A DNA stretch of 55,668 nt, counting the filler, from Sphacelaria rigidula (lineage: Eukaryota): the NCBI GenBank assembly GCA_964200075.2. It is 6 parts of 6 records of this genome, joined end to end, with 100 filler letters (N's around TTAATTAATTAA, not from the genome) between each part and the next. Parts side by side here need not be neighbours in the genome. Positions count along the whole stretch, not along the records: positions 18,591 to 27,785 come from CAXNAA020009073.1; positions 27,886 to 37,080 come from CAXNAA020009074.1; 4 more parts are not named here. The stretch is one strand, 5' to 3'. The position numbers and the translations under genes were made by a program. Numbering within the stretch: position 1 is the first letter of the stretch; each line of letters begins with the position of its first letter. The notes beneath the pieces are model-generated. The model did no database searches, was not told the origin of the DNA, and worked only from the letters and a program-made list of their open reading frames with translations. Of this stretch, positions 23,790 through 34,178 are shown one piece after another.

Positions 23790-24056
23790 CACACCAAAAT
23801 TCATCGTCATCCGCTGAATGCATCAATCGGGGGCTTCATATGGATTCTAGTATGGACGCCATCTCCGTTAGGTATAGGAACTACTATACATGGGGTTTAG
23901 TCAACGAGAAAATATGGGCCCAAACTTTTAAGCAGATGGGCACCTTCCCCTTGGTGAGATGGTTAATACGATATGCGGATCACGGCCCAACTCGTCTGTG
24001 TCGACGAGATATTGCTTCAAGAGCTTAGATCTGTTTTTAGGCTGGCCCATCTCGTA
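23790..24056 (+). repeat. Dispersed repeat family (3 copies)
   Basis: GGTATAGGAA...CATGGGGTT...GAGAAAAT...GCAGATGGGCACCTTCCCCTTG...GATCAC(GGCCCAACTCGTCTGTGTCGA) recurs at ~37470-37658 and ~46181-46374. Confidence 0.85.
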
Positions 24057-24224
24057 TGATATATTGGAATTATGATAATATATCCAATTTTTACCATTTA
24101 CAGAAGATGATATGGCGCTACGCTCCGAAGATGATGCGCGTGTACTCTGTAGATGAAATGTACACATACTTACGGACATGCAAGAAGTTGGTTGGTGTTC
24201 AAACCCTGTGTCTACCTATTTTTG

Positions 24225-24299
24225 CTCGTAGTACGTGAGTAGAACACTGTTCCTTCACACCGGGAGTTGGGTTCGAGTCCTGGGTCGGGACTTTTTTTT
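24225..24299 (+). other. tRNA-like (pol III A/B box) sequence followed by a T-run; pseudo-tRNA or SINE head
   Basis: TCGTAGTACGTGAGTAG...GGGTTCGAGTCC...GGGACTTTTTTTT. The acceptor stem does not pair convincingly. Confidence 0.35.
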
Positions 24300-24590
24300 C
24301 CTGCTGGTGGTGCCGTAAGGACACACTTTTTCTACACCGGGAGTCGATTCTGTCTTCCACTGCAATCTTCGCACTTTCTCTCATCGTTAATTCCCGCGGT
24401 CCTATTCCTCGTCTCGCAAATTTTGTTCCCATCATCATAATATCATCCCTTCCCACTTCCATCAACCGACATCGTCGTCTCTATAAACAAACACAATAAC
24501 CTCCAAGACATCGGTGCGAGCGGAGGGAATGCTTCGACATATCGACTGTTGCCCTTTTTCTCAGTCCCGCTGCAATCTTTTTCCTACCCA

Positions 24591-25060
24591 GAGCAATGCT
24601 ACGGTAGGGGTGCACTTTTTTCGCAAACTTATGCAAGGGTAGGTCGAGTAGAGCATACTCAATTGCGGGGTATTCTGAAAGACGTACTTGGGGTACTCAA
24701 ATTAGGGTAGCGTATTTTTAGTCGTACCCAAAATATAACTGGAAAGCGATCTCTAAAACCCTTCCGCCAATTTGTACACTTTAAGTACGAATTTCAAAAT
24801 ACCCCGCAATTGAGTATACTCTACTCGACCTGCCCTTCAAGTTATGTCTGGTTCAGGGGCTCCTAACGATTCTAGACGCACAAGAATATGGGTCAGGGCA
24901 TCCCCGTTCAGAGATTCATCCGGGATATCCCCATAACATTGGAATAGTAATCCTGGCGTACTCTTGCAGATTTTCACAAGTCGTGTTTTGGATGAGGTAA
25001 AGGGCTCCTGACAATTCCAACCTCAGAAAATATTTGTGTACCCCTACCGTACCATCACTC
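24591..25060. mobile_element. MITE family B copy 2, carrying a nested hAT-like MITE
   Basis: Same TIRs and body as 16699-16955. Flanks CCCA/TCCA (3 of 4 match). Confidence 0.8.
24634..24838. mobile_element. hAT-like MITE (205 bp) with ~47-bp TIRs
   Basis: AAGGGTAGGTCGAGTAGAGCATACTCAATTGCGGGGTATT pairs with AATACCCCGCAATTGAGTATACTCTACTCGACCTGCCCTT. 8-bp TSD AACTTATG / AAGTTATG. Absent from the 16699 copy. Confidence 0.85.
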
Positions 25061-25164
25061 TCCACCTTTCCTCATCGTTTCACCCGCAATGCAGGACTCT
25101 TTCTCGTAAGACGTCTTATTTCTTCCGTAAACATGAAACTGTGACCGAGAATAATTTCTCACTG

Positions 25165-25442
25165 GAGCTTGGCAAGGCATGAATACCGCGACCCTCCAAG
25201 AAGACTGACAGGACCGGGGCGGCAAGTAATGACTGGAGCACACAAGTCATGCTCGTTGTGTTTTAAAAAAAACATCCACGAGTGCACTCGTTTCAACGAG
25301 TAATGATTTGTCCGACGCATTCATCATTTCTCACGAGGGCTTGGCAAGGCATGAATACCGCGACCCTCCAAGAACACGGACGGGACCGGGGCGACCGCCC
25401 CGGTCCCGAACGGCTTGTATATATATATATATATATATATAT
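25165..25442 (+). repeat. Local duplication plus hairpin and (TA)n
   Basis: GCTTGGCAAGGCATGAATACCGCGACCCTCCAAGAA occurs twice (~25168, ~25339), then CGGGACCGGGGCG-AC-CGCCCCGGTCCCG (hairpin) and (TA)~12. Confidence 0.75.
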
Positions 25443-25586
25443 GTCATCGTCGATTACACACGGGAAATCGTATGCCATCATCCAGGCGTTCGACCCTTAC
25501 CGATTGTGTATCCTGCATTTACGTGTGTATGCGTCACTGCCTTCGGTCGTATCCTACTCTTCTTCTCTCATCATCTTCTTATGTAC

Positions 25587-25742
25587 CTGGCGCAGCGAGC
25601 TGCTATTGAGCCAAAGTCCATGGGTCACGTGCTGACTGAAGTCGATCACATAGATCGTAGTGTGCAACCACCGTCTGCTGCACGCCAGCTCGATCATGGC
25701 CTCGATCAGGTCAGGGGTCTTTATCAGCATAGCGTCCAGGTT
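25587..25742 (-). CDS. SEC63: SEC63-type exon (NLDAMLIKTPDLIEAMIELACSRRWLHTTIYVIDFSQHVTHGLWLNSSSLRQ)
   Basis: Sec63-domain motif W...i.fsQ.vtqglW...ssLxQ. TGCAG acceptor, GTACAT donor, 156 nt. Confidence 0.93.
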
Positions 25743-25889
25743 CTGCACCATTTCCAGGCCACATGCAGAAAACGCAAACACACATTGGAGAGATGGCAAG
25801 AAATGAACAGACCACAGAGAGGCACAGGAACACACAAAACTGAAAAACGAACGTGCAGACAACAGTACGTGCGACAGCATGTCCATCGG

Positions 25890-26254
25890 AGTGTTGCCGT
25901 CCCATATATATATTCTGGACGCCGGTCTACACCTTTCGGTATTACGTGGGTGCACCAGCCGGGATCACACAGGAGGAAGGCCAACACAGAAGTTTTTCTC
26001 CTCTTTTCTTGTTTGTTTTCGTTCTCCATCTTCCTTCTGCGGTGCTCGCCTCTATTTTTTTATCGCGAGAGGAGTTCAGGAATTCCTTTCCCTCGTCGAC
26101 CATCGAGCCGAATTTTGTGTACCCACGACATAGTCGCTCTCCACTGCTGGGCATCGTGGGAGAAAAAATCTCAGACCGCTCCGAGATTTGAACCCGCGAC
26201 CCAATCGACAGAAGGTTTCGAGGTTACCAACTGAGCCACCGGGGCGATCGGCTT
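25890..26254 (-). mobile_element. tRNA-derived SINE (copy 2, uninterrupted, intronic)
   Basis: Minus-strand head GCCGATCGCCCCGGTGGCTCAGTTGGT (A box)...GGTTCAAATCTC (B box). 12-bp TSD CATGTCCATCGG at 25878-25889 and 26255-26266. Confidence 0.9.
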
Positions 26255-26770
26255 CATGTCCATCGGCGTAGAGTACTACAATCAGCGGCACACTTGCTTT
26301 ACGTGAACCCTGGGGGTGGCTACAGGATCAAAAGGCACGCGCACGGGAACACAAAAGATCAACCTGAAGCCGCTCGAACATTGGAATTGAGCTCTCGCCC
26401 GAGCTCACAAACAGATACACGAACATATAAACCCCTTCAGAATATCCAGAATCAAACGTTTTAACGTATCCTATTTACATACGGCGGCATGTTCAACGTG
26501 ATAAAAAAAGTAAATCAAGACCAATGAGTGCAATTTGCAGCCAAACAGAAACAAAAACAAAAACAAGAACAAAAATCGCTCAGACAGACTAGTGGACAAC
26601 AAACTAACCAATCAACAGCTCGAAGCGAAACTCATCCACCTTGTCTTCAAAATTTTATCTTCGTATCTTCTGTTCCTTTTTATTTCCATTAAACCAAATA
26701 TTTCGCATACATTACTCCTTGTCAATTTTCTCCAACACAAGTCTCCATCTCTATCGCTTCTGCGTCTTGC

Positions 26771-26881
26771 CTTGCGCAGCTCAGGACTCATCGGCTTCTG
26801 CACCAGGTGCGCGAAAACCTGCACGGCGCCCTTCTGGATGACAGGATGGTCGTACTTGAGCTTAGGCATGACCATGGTTTC
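26771..26881 (-). CDS. SEC63: SEC63-type exon (ETMVMPKLKYDHPVIQKGAVQVFAHLVQKPMSPELRK), GC donor
   Basis: hp.i.Ka..ll.AHL motif. CCAG acceptor. Ends AAG|GCAAGA. 111 nt keeps phase 0 into the next exon. Confidence 0.88.
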
Positions 26882-27417
26882 CTGGTGGGAGGAAGAAATA
26901 AACAAACATACGGATGAACAGACGGAAGCACGTTTCGGATCGATACTACACAACGATGAATCTTTATCCAACACTGCATAATGATAACAGACGGCATTGG
27001 CAAAAACGTGTACTGAGTACAGTATTTGATCTTTTGTCCATTGCATCACAATAGGCAATGGATTCGACACATCACGCATTACACTTTTTTTTGCCAATGT
27101 TGTCTCATGTCATCATCCAGGGCGTGATCTGTACGGTAGCGTCAAGGCGCTGCCACCCCAGGTCGACCACGAACTCCCGCGAGGCAGACGGACTACCCTC
27201 AGGCGAGGGGAAGAGTGCACCGGGTGCTCTAGGGCCGCCCTCTGGCCCGAATCTGCACTTGAGTTAGTCAACCTGCCAGGAATCAACGTCCCGACCCCGC
27301 TCCACTCAATCTCACCCCACTCTCTCGTTTTCTTCCCGCGTCTCCCTCGTCTACCACTACGAGCACATGCACAAAATAAAATCCATTTTTCACAACTCCG
27401 AACACGTGGGTACGTAC

Positions 27418-27519
27418 CCGATATAGTTGCCTGTAGAGCTTCGACACTTCCTTGATCTCCTCCGGGTGGTCTTTGTCCGGTGTGTTCAGCGCGCGGAATT
27501 CGGCAGACCCGGCGAGCAC
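27418..27519 (-). CDS. SEC63: SEC63-type exon (VLAGSAEFRALNTPDKDHPEEIKEVSKLYRQLYR); most 5' exon visible
   Basis: vLa.saEF start-of-Sec63-domain motif. AAG acceptor, GTACGT donor, 102 nt. The upstream TM/J-domain exons are not in view (gap at 27786). Confidence 0.88.
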
Positions 27520-28722
27520 CTTGTTGCACGAAAATATGAAATAAAAAAAAGGAAAAAGGCATCGAACGTGAGAAATATCACCACTTACAGATGGATGGAA
27601 AAGTATAAAAAACCAAGGTAACAACCCATGTGGAACGAGTGATATGAATCCTCCGCTGCACATGGCAGCAATTCCCCGTCTACCGTAGTATAGTATTGCC
27701 TTCACATCACTCCCCCCCCCGCCCCGTCTCGAAAGGGATGCGTGGTCAATGGTCAAGTGACTAAGGCAAGTAACAAATGAGTACGNNNNNNNNNNNNNNN
27801 NNNNNNNNNNNNNNNNNNNNNNNNNNNNNTTAATTAATTAANNNNNNNNNNNNNNNNNNNNNNNNNNNNNNNNNNNNNNNNNNNNGGGAAAGCACGGCTT
27901 TTGAGTTGAACCTCATATTTGTTTTCAACCCCATTTTCGAGAATCGGCTGTAAGTAGGAGCTTCTGCTAAGATGCCACAGACTAGCCGAAAATAGACTCA
28001 TGATGCTGCCAACATATATATGGCGCCGAAGACAAGGCGTGCTACTGGAACGCACGACACACGTGTCTGTTTTCATGACGAATACAAGGCATCTCGCATT
28101 GATTGTAACAACGCAACCTGGATGGAGGTCGATCGTCCGTCCAATAGAGAAAGTAACATAAGAACGTGAAATTATCGCCCCTGTACGTTTCATGTATATG
28201 AACTTGGCGCATTCATTGTTGCAGGTATATTTGAACACTATCACGGGATCTTCTTTATATAGACGATCGGCAGTAGGTGTGTCCCATTTTTTTGTCGTGA
28301 TGGACGCACATTTGTTGTCTGGAAAATGTCTTCCTAGAGTGGATGAGTTGTAACATTCAGAGTTTGATTAGAAGATTCCAAACCCTTCAACGCTCTCAGA
28401 CGGACAACTAATAACCTCCATGTTTTATCAAGTGAAAATTATGTCGATTTTCTAGCAGATGGGCACACCCGCTGTATGTAGGCGGTTCAGTGATGAAGAA
28501 AAAACCAAGTCTATGAGCGTGAGCATTATACATGATGGGTGAGTTCCATTCGCGGCGACACTAGGGAGGCCGAGTACGACAAGGGAATGCTCGTTGTTGT
28601 AGCCATCCACCTACATATCCAACCTACCTGTCCATTTTGTTTTGCCTGTGTAATCTCAAATGATGAGCAACTAAGTTGTATTATTCTCATGTCTCGATCA
28701 TTCCTTGTTCTGTATCGCTCAC

Positions 28723-28907
28723 CGCTGCTTGAGCACGGGCCCGAGGTCAGCGTCACCGCCATCTCGGGCAAGGGGGCGGGTTCCGGTTCAGGCTCAAAAC
28801 GCCTCCAGCAGTCAAATGTCTGTCGCTTCATATGAACTAAGCGTGCGTGCCAGAGCCGGCGCAGCGCTGCCACTCGAGCCTTGGCTTTTTGAAGAGCCAA
28901 AGACCAC
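28723..28907 (-). CDS. Sfi1-like W/R-repeat protein exon ([R]WSLALQKAKARVAALRRLWHARLVHMKRQTFDCWRRFEPEPEPAPLPE...)
   Basis: ACAG acceptor. The AG|G junction rebuilds 'QRTFQRWSL'. 3' end set at a GTGAGC donor (uncertain). Confidence 0.7.
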
Positions 28908-30064
28908 CTGTGTCAACCATTGTTCCCAGGAAGGAGATGTAAACGTGTCAGCATCACGAAAAAAGCGATGGGAAAAGTCAACGTGTAAATGATTGATTCA
29001 TTTCGTCGGGACTTTGTTTCAGGTGGCTTGTTATCTTCACCCGAAATTTCGAAAGTCAGTAGGCCTTGAAAAATGAAGCAGGTCGTGCTAGAACACATTT
29101 CCAATTTTTGTGGCGTCGGAACAACATGGAGTAATACCCTGTTTTTCTCGGGAGCGTTATTGGCCGTCTATGGTTCAACGCAGTTTTTCCGACTGTAACG
29201 CAATTGATACATAGAAGATAAAAGGCTGAACCGTGTAATCTTTCGTTGCAATGATGCGAATCGGTTCGCTTGAGCGAAAAGATCCGACTGCGAGAACCTG
29301 GAGTAGTACATTCCGCAACCCCCCAAAACCGGTCAGCCTGTGAGTCATTCAAAATTGTTCGTCCAAGATACTTGTTTACGGAACTTGTGTCGGGTACTCA
29401 GATCTCTCGATTCCCAAAAATTATAATCAAAGAGTAACCGTGATGAGTCTTGGTGATCGAAAAGCTGCAAAAATCGCTTTCAATAGGGGAAAAAGTGTGA
29501 ATAATGTTGACTCAATATATGTGGGCAGAGAAAACTATTGAATACACAATACACAGTGCCATAACACCCGTTTTCTCAGCGCGATGAAACGGACCAGATT
29601 TGCGGTGGACAGCGTCTGAATTGCACAGCAAAACCCTTCACAGATGACATGGGGAGGAGAGTTTTTGGACGCAGAGGAGTAAAAAACATACTGCGAGGCG
29701 TGAAACATGTACTCTCTACACCAGATCGACGGATGCTGATTGAAGGTTGGAAGAACAGTTGTCATTAGCCAATTAAAGGAGTGGAATTTTGGGTTTTACT
29801 TTATCGCAAATGTTGAACTCCACCCTGAGAGGAACAATTTCGCCCGGATATTCTACCGCGAGTGCGTGATTCGAGAACATGCATTTTGATGCCATAACAC
29901 GACTGGCGGTCTTCTATGCTCTTCGCGCAGCACGGTACGAAGGGTGGTGGAAAGACTCATTGCCTACTCTTGACACGTGAAGAAATACTAGATACTTCAC
30001 CGTGCATCAAACCAAGCCAATTCGGCGAGTAGTGGTCCAGAGTTGGTAAATGCCGCCACCTAAC

Positions 30065-30223
30065 CTCTGGAAGGTCCTTTGCAGCAATCGACGCTGCTGT
30101 AGCTCTAGATCTACGCCTTCGATCCACAACTTGAAATGACTCCGCAGCGACCTCCCTCGCCAGAACTTGTACACCGACAGCGTTTGTGCCCGCCGTGTTT
30201 CGACAAAAGACCTCATTTCGTCC
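30065..30223 (-). CDS. Sfi1-like exon (DEMRSFVETRRAQTLSVYKFWRGRSLRSHFKLWIEGVDLELQQRRLLQRTFQ[R])
   Basis: CCAG acceptor. TG|G rebuilds Trp. GTTAGG donor. L...F..W repeat pattern. Confidence 0.78.
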
Positions 30224-30232
30224 CTGGTTGTG

Positions 30233-30244
30233 GACACACACACA

Positions 30245-30314
<70 letters not shown>
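30233..30314. repeat. (CA)n microsatellite, ~40 units
   Basis: Direct read. Lies just upstream of the 30223 acceptor on the minus strand. Confidence 0.97.
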
Positions 30315-30319
<5 letters not shown>

Positions 30320-30748
30320 AGGGACATTGCACAAAGGGGCTGCGTACGGAGATGTGAACAGCAGCAATCGATCGAACGGACACGCGCCATGGGGTCGCTG
30401 GTTGTTCATGTGTCACCCTCCAAGGAACGATGCGAGAGAGTTGACTTGACAATCACCAGGTGCGCGAGAACATACAGAAACCACCACAAAGGAAGAGGGA
30501 TCGCGTTTTCACGAACAAGCAAGCACGACGTACACCACATGTTTTTCTCTACCGAACGGTGCTTTTCGTCTTGTATCCGTTGTATCCTGACGTTCGATCC
30601 TCGCCCTAGTGCATGGAATCAGGTTTGTATGTACGTGTGCGACCTGGACACAAAGGACATGAACCTCGTTGCCAAACACGCATGTACCCCGGGAGATAAT
30701 GAGTTTACAGTAGATCGCGACCGTGGGATGGGTTAAGCTCCCATCTTG

Positions 30749-31003
30749 GACACTTTCTACGATACCCGCCCCCCCAAAAAAAAAACAGCCCAAAAGTGTC
30801 GCGAAAAAATGGTCATACAGCGCCTGATGTTTGGGTTCAGGCTGCATGAAGCGCCTCATATGGGTGACATTGGCGAGAATGAACCCAATAGTTTACATTA
30901 CCGGCGGCTCGGTGTGCCCGGCTTTTTCCATTCCGATTCACGTTAATATTTTGCCTCCCCAAACCAGGCACTTTGTTTGGGGGGGGCTATCGTAGAAAGT
31001 GTC
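30749..31003 (-). mobile_element. MITE family A copy 2 (255 bp, intronic)
   Basis: TIRs GACACTTTCTACGATACCC / GGGCTATCGTAGAAAGTGTC. TSD CTTG at 30745-30748 and 31004-31007. Confidence 0.85.
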
Positions 31004-31027
31004 CTTGGCCGTGGGTGTCTGACTCAC

Positions 31028-31218
31028 CAGCAGCTCCGCAGGACCGCTCGCTGACAGAAAAAGCGCGCGAATGCCTTCCAAAACAGCCACGCTCGTCGCA
31101 GCGCAAACTGCTCCATTAGTTTATGCATCTGGCGGGTCGCCTGACGTCGAGCTCGCCACGCGACTACATGGTCGAAGGCCATGCGCTTCAGCCACGCTCG
31201 GTGCACTAGGACAGCCAC
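31028..31218 (-). CDS. Sfi1-like exon (VAVLVHRAWLKRMAFDHVVAWRARRQ...FALRRAWLFWKAFARFFCQRAVLRSC[W])
   Basis: ACAG acceptor, GTGAGT donor. Phases 0 and 2 match the neighbouring exons. Confidence 0.8.
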
Positions 31219-32121
31219 CTGTTCCAGCCTCGTGGTTGGATCATACTATTTAGCGTCGACACAGAACGTAGGATCGACAACATTGACGTCGTTCGGTGAC
31301 CTTCAAGGTCAGATGAATATCCAGGGCTTTTAGGTGATCAACCTATGAGCCATGTCTGTCTACACGACTGTTGGGCTTCGAAGCCAGCTTCGGCAACTCC
31401 GGCTTCCGAGTGCAAGCTCGCCCGAGGAATATTGAGGAACAGCAAAAACATACAGAGTTTCAAATGAAGTGCCGGGTCTTTCTCTGCGATGCAGAGTGTC
31501 CGAGTTGCTGTATTTAACCCGTACTCGTTCTTTGACAGTTGGGGGATACGAAATGAGGAGGAATATGCAAACTTGTCCACCTCTCATAGTTGGTACATCG
31601 AGCGCCTGTGACGCGCAGACGCCTCAAACATGGCAGTTGGTGGGTGTTTCGATGTGTATTTTTCTGTTTGTTCTGAAAACCTAAAGTGCGAAAGCAACCA
31701 TGCGATGGCATGAACAAGTGCAATGCAAATCCAGAAGTGTCACTGATGAATTGTGGCCGCCGGTTTTACGGCTTCTAATGCGAGCACACACCGCGGATAA
31801 TAAAACCTTGTTTCAGCATGTTTAGTTGATACTCTCGGGTGATTACATCATGTCGGGCTTGGTACGACACGAATTGTTTGCCATCTCCAACTTGAAAGAA
31901 AGCTCGATATTGTGGCGCCATTGAGTTCCCGCTTCTCGTTGTATCAGACATAAAGTTTCCGCGCTGTATAATTTATCAGAAGTTAGGGGAAGTAGACACT
32001 TGATCTGTCCACAAACGTCATGTGTGTGTAACGTTCCAATTCACATTCCAAATAAATACCCTCGAGAGTAACACTAGGGAGTAACACTATCATGAAGGCA
32101 TAGAGTCGAACACTACTGCAC

Positions 32122-32455
32122 CTTGCTGACCAACACGAACAGTTTCCACCGCTCGAAAGTCGTCGCCCTACGTAACGACATCTCCATCAAGGCGTCGACC
32201 CTACGCCTCCAACGCGCCATCCCGAGAGCCTCCAAGCGTTTCTCTTTCCAGTACAATAGTTTTAGAATCCGATATGCCCGTCGATGCCCAAAGCCGTGGT
32301 CTTGCGACCGTACGAACAAGGACCAGTGACCGAAGATGTTAGAGAGGAGGTCTCGGCGGCGCACATCAAGAAGGAACCGTATTGTGGGTCGTCTCAACGG
32401 CCTCGGGGAGGGGGCCGTTCTCCAGCGATGCAGATAAGCCAGCAGGACCCGCTTT
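32122..32455 (-). CDS. Sfi1-like exon ([K]KRVLLAYLHRWRTAP...LLSNIFGHWSLF...GMARWRRR...ATTFERWKLFVLVSK)
   Basis: Pyrimidine tract plus GCAG acceptor. AA|A phase match. AAG|GTGCAG donor. Periodic Trp in an Arg-rich helix. Confidence 0.8.
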
Positions 32456-32893
32456 CTGCGAGAGCGGAAAGGTTGGTGGTTAATACTCAGCGACTGCGTT
32501 CAGACATGGACGGCCAAGGAAGAGAGGACATGATGCGCGTATTTTTCGGTCAAGCAGTTCTAAGGACTGCTTTTATCCATGACCAAGCAAAATGTACTGC
32601 TAAGTAAGACTCTGTAAGCGTCAAAATGTATCCTGTTCCTGGTGTCCCTCCGTGCCCTGTAACATCATGTTGGCACCCATGATATCGTTGCGTGATTATT
32701 CTTTTCCAGCTGCTGCACTGCAGTATACTCAGGTCAGATACCTTCGTTTGCATTCTGCTTGGCAGTAAAGGGCGGGTTTCGATCCGCATGAACGCGTCAA
32801 ACACACATTGTTACGGGTTTCTATTCCTTGGACAACTTATGCTGGAAGAGGCACGGGGGATCTTATTGCGCGCGTTTCTGCCGTATAGCTCAC

Positions 32894-33117
32894 TTTGCAC
32901 TCCGAGCCAGGTGTTCGAGCACAGCTGCTAGGACCACTCGATATCGACCAGCAAAACGTCGGCAGTGCCATCGATCCACGTAGGCGTCGACCCTGTCACG
33001 CGCGTCCCCTGTCAGAGATCCTGACGTAAACACTCCCTGGTTGACTGCGCCTGCTCTCAATAGGCGAAGACTTGTCACCATGAGGTTATGATGTTCTGGA
33101 GCGAAGGTCGAGATAAC
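32894..33117 (-). CDS. Exon of the Sfi1-like gene (VISTFAPEHHNLMVTSLRLLRAG...YVDRWHCRRFAGRYRVVLAAVLEHLARSA[K])
   Basis: GTGAGC donor in a phase matching the next exon. Acceptor chosen at CATCAG (an alternative CCAG lies ~22 nt downstream). Confidence 0.65.
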
Positions 33118-34006
33118 CTGATGCCGGCATTATCGATAGGATCGCGTTGTTGATCAAGCAAGAAACTTTGAATGTTGTGACACGTGCTCAGACCATGAGT
33201 GGACAGATGTAGAGCCAGACCAAAAGACGCCACGGCACGTGACCAATACCCGCAAAGGCGACGATACACAGATGTAAGATTGAGTTGACCGACGATGGGG
33301 CAGAGTGTTCAGTGATATGTGTTGGGAGATGATGATGATGATTATGATTGTCGCCCTTTAACCGACGCCCCAGGGGTCCAGCCGCGGTCTCATGATAGAC
33401 GTACCCAAGAAAAACGAAGCTGAAACACGCTCTGAAGAAAAGAAGCAACAGAGAAAGAAAAGGTCGAACAGAACGACACAGCAGACTAAGTCGCAAAAAT
33501 AAAGGTAATAAAAAAAGTCAATACAAGCAAAGCACAGAAAGACATGGCCGACCTAAACCAAAAAAGAAGGAAAATAAGTTGGGAGATCGTGCAACAGGAG
33601 GGGGTGTTTGTTTCGGGGACATTTATCGCATTCGCTTGAACCGGCGTCTCGCGGGATGTGTGCTGCGGCAATTGAGATTCCCCCCCATCTTTGGGATGGC
33701 TCTGAATTGTGTACGCAGCTGTTGACAGTTCATAGCAGCCAGAGTTACGCCATCGTATCGTCTCTCCCGCAACTAGAGTCCAACCCCCTCCCCCTCCCTC
33801 CTCCTGCTGTGATGAGGGAGGGTAAGTGAAGGGGGCGGTATGATATGTGAATGGGCATGGCGGGCATGGGGTTGGAAAGACAAAGGGAGATGAGAAATCG
33901 AACAGAAATAAGACTACTGAGGCCTACCCGGTGAGAAAGGAAATCGCTGAAAATGATGAATAGCGAACTCTGGTGCAGCGGCCTTGTGTGTGGATTATTA
34001 TCGTAC

Positions 34007-34178
34007 CTCAAGCAGACGAATACAGACAATAGACCGTAGCCGGTGACTGCACAAGCTGCGCGACGTGGTGCACGGAACTTTGCCGGCTATGGACAACCAA
34101 GCGAAAATCCTGCAGTGCCTCCGTATCATCAGGTGGGTGCGTACCAAAAAGATTTCAGCATCGATGGGCCCGTGAGTC
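34007..34178 (-). CDS. Possible upstream exon of the Sfi1-like gene (...THGPIDAEIFLVRTHLMIRR...SIVCIRLLE)
   Basis: Open frame with a GAG|GTACGA donor in phase 0 matching 33117. The acceptor is uncertain. Confidence 0.4.

Noticed and set aside
25308..26234. 308-aa plus-strand ORF
   Set aside because: Runs through (TA)n, the antisense of a SEC63 exon and a SINE. No coherent protein.
26170..26252. Functional tRNA gene
   Set aside because: The A/B boxes are attached to a 300-bp body with a TSD and a second copy. This is a SINE head.
29957..30736. Poly-HT / poly-CV ORFs
   Set aside because: Products of the (CA)n microsatellite.
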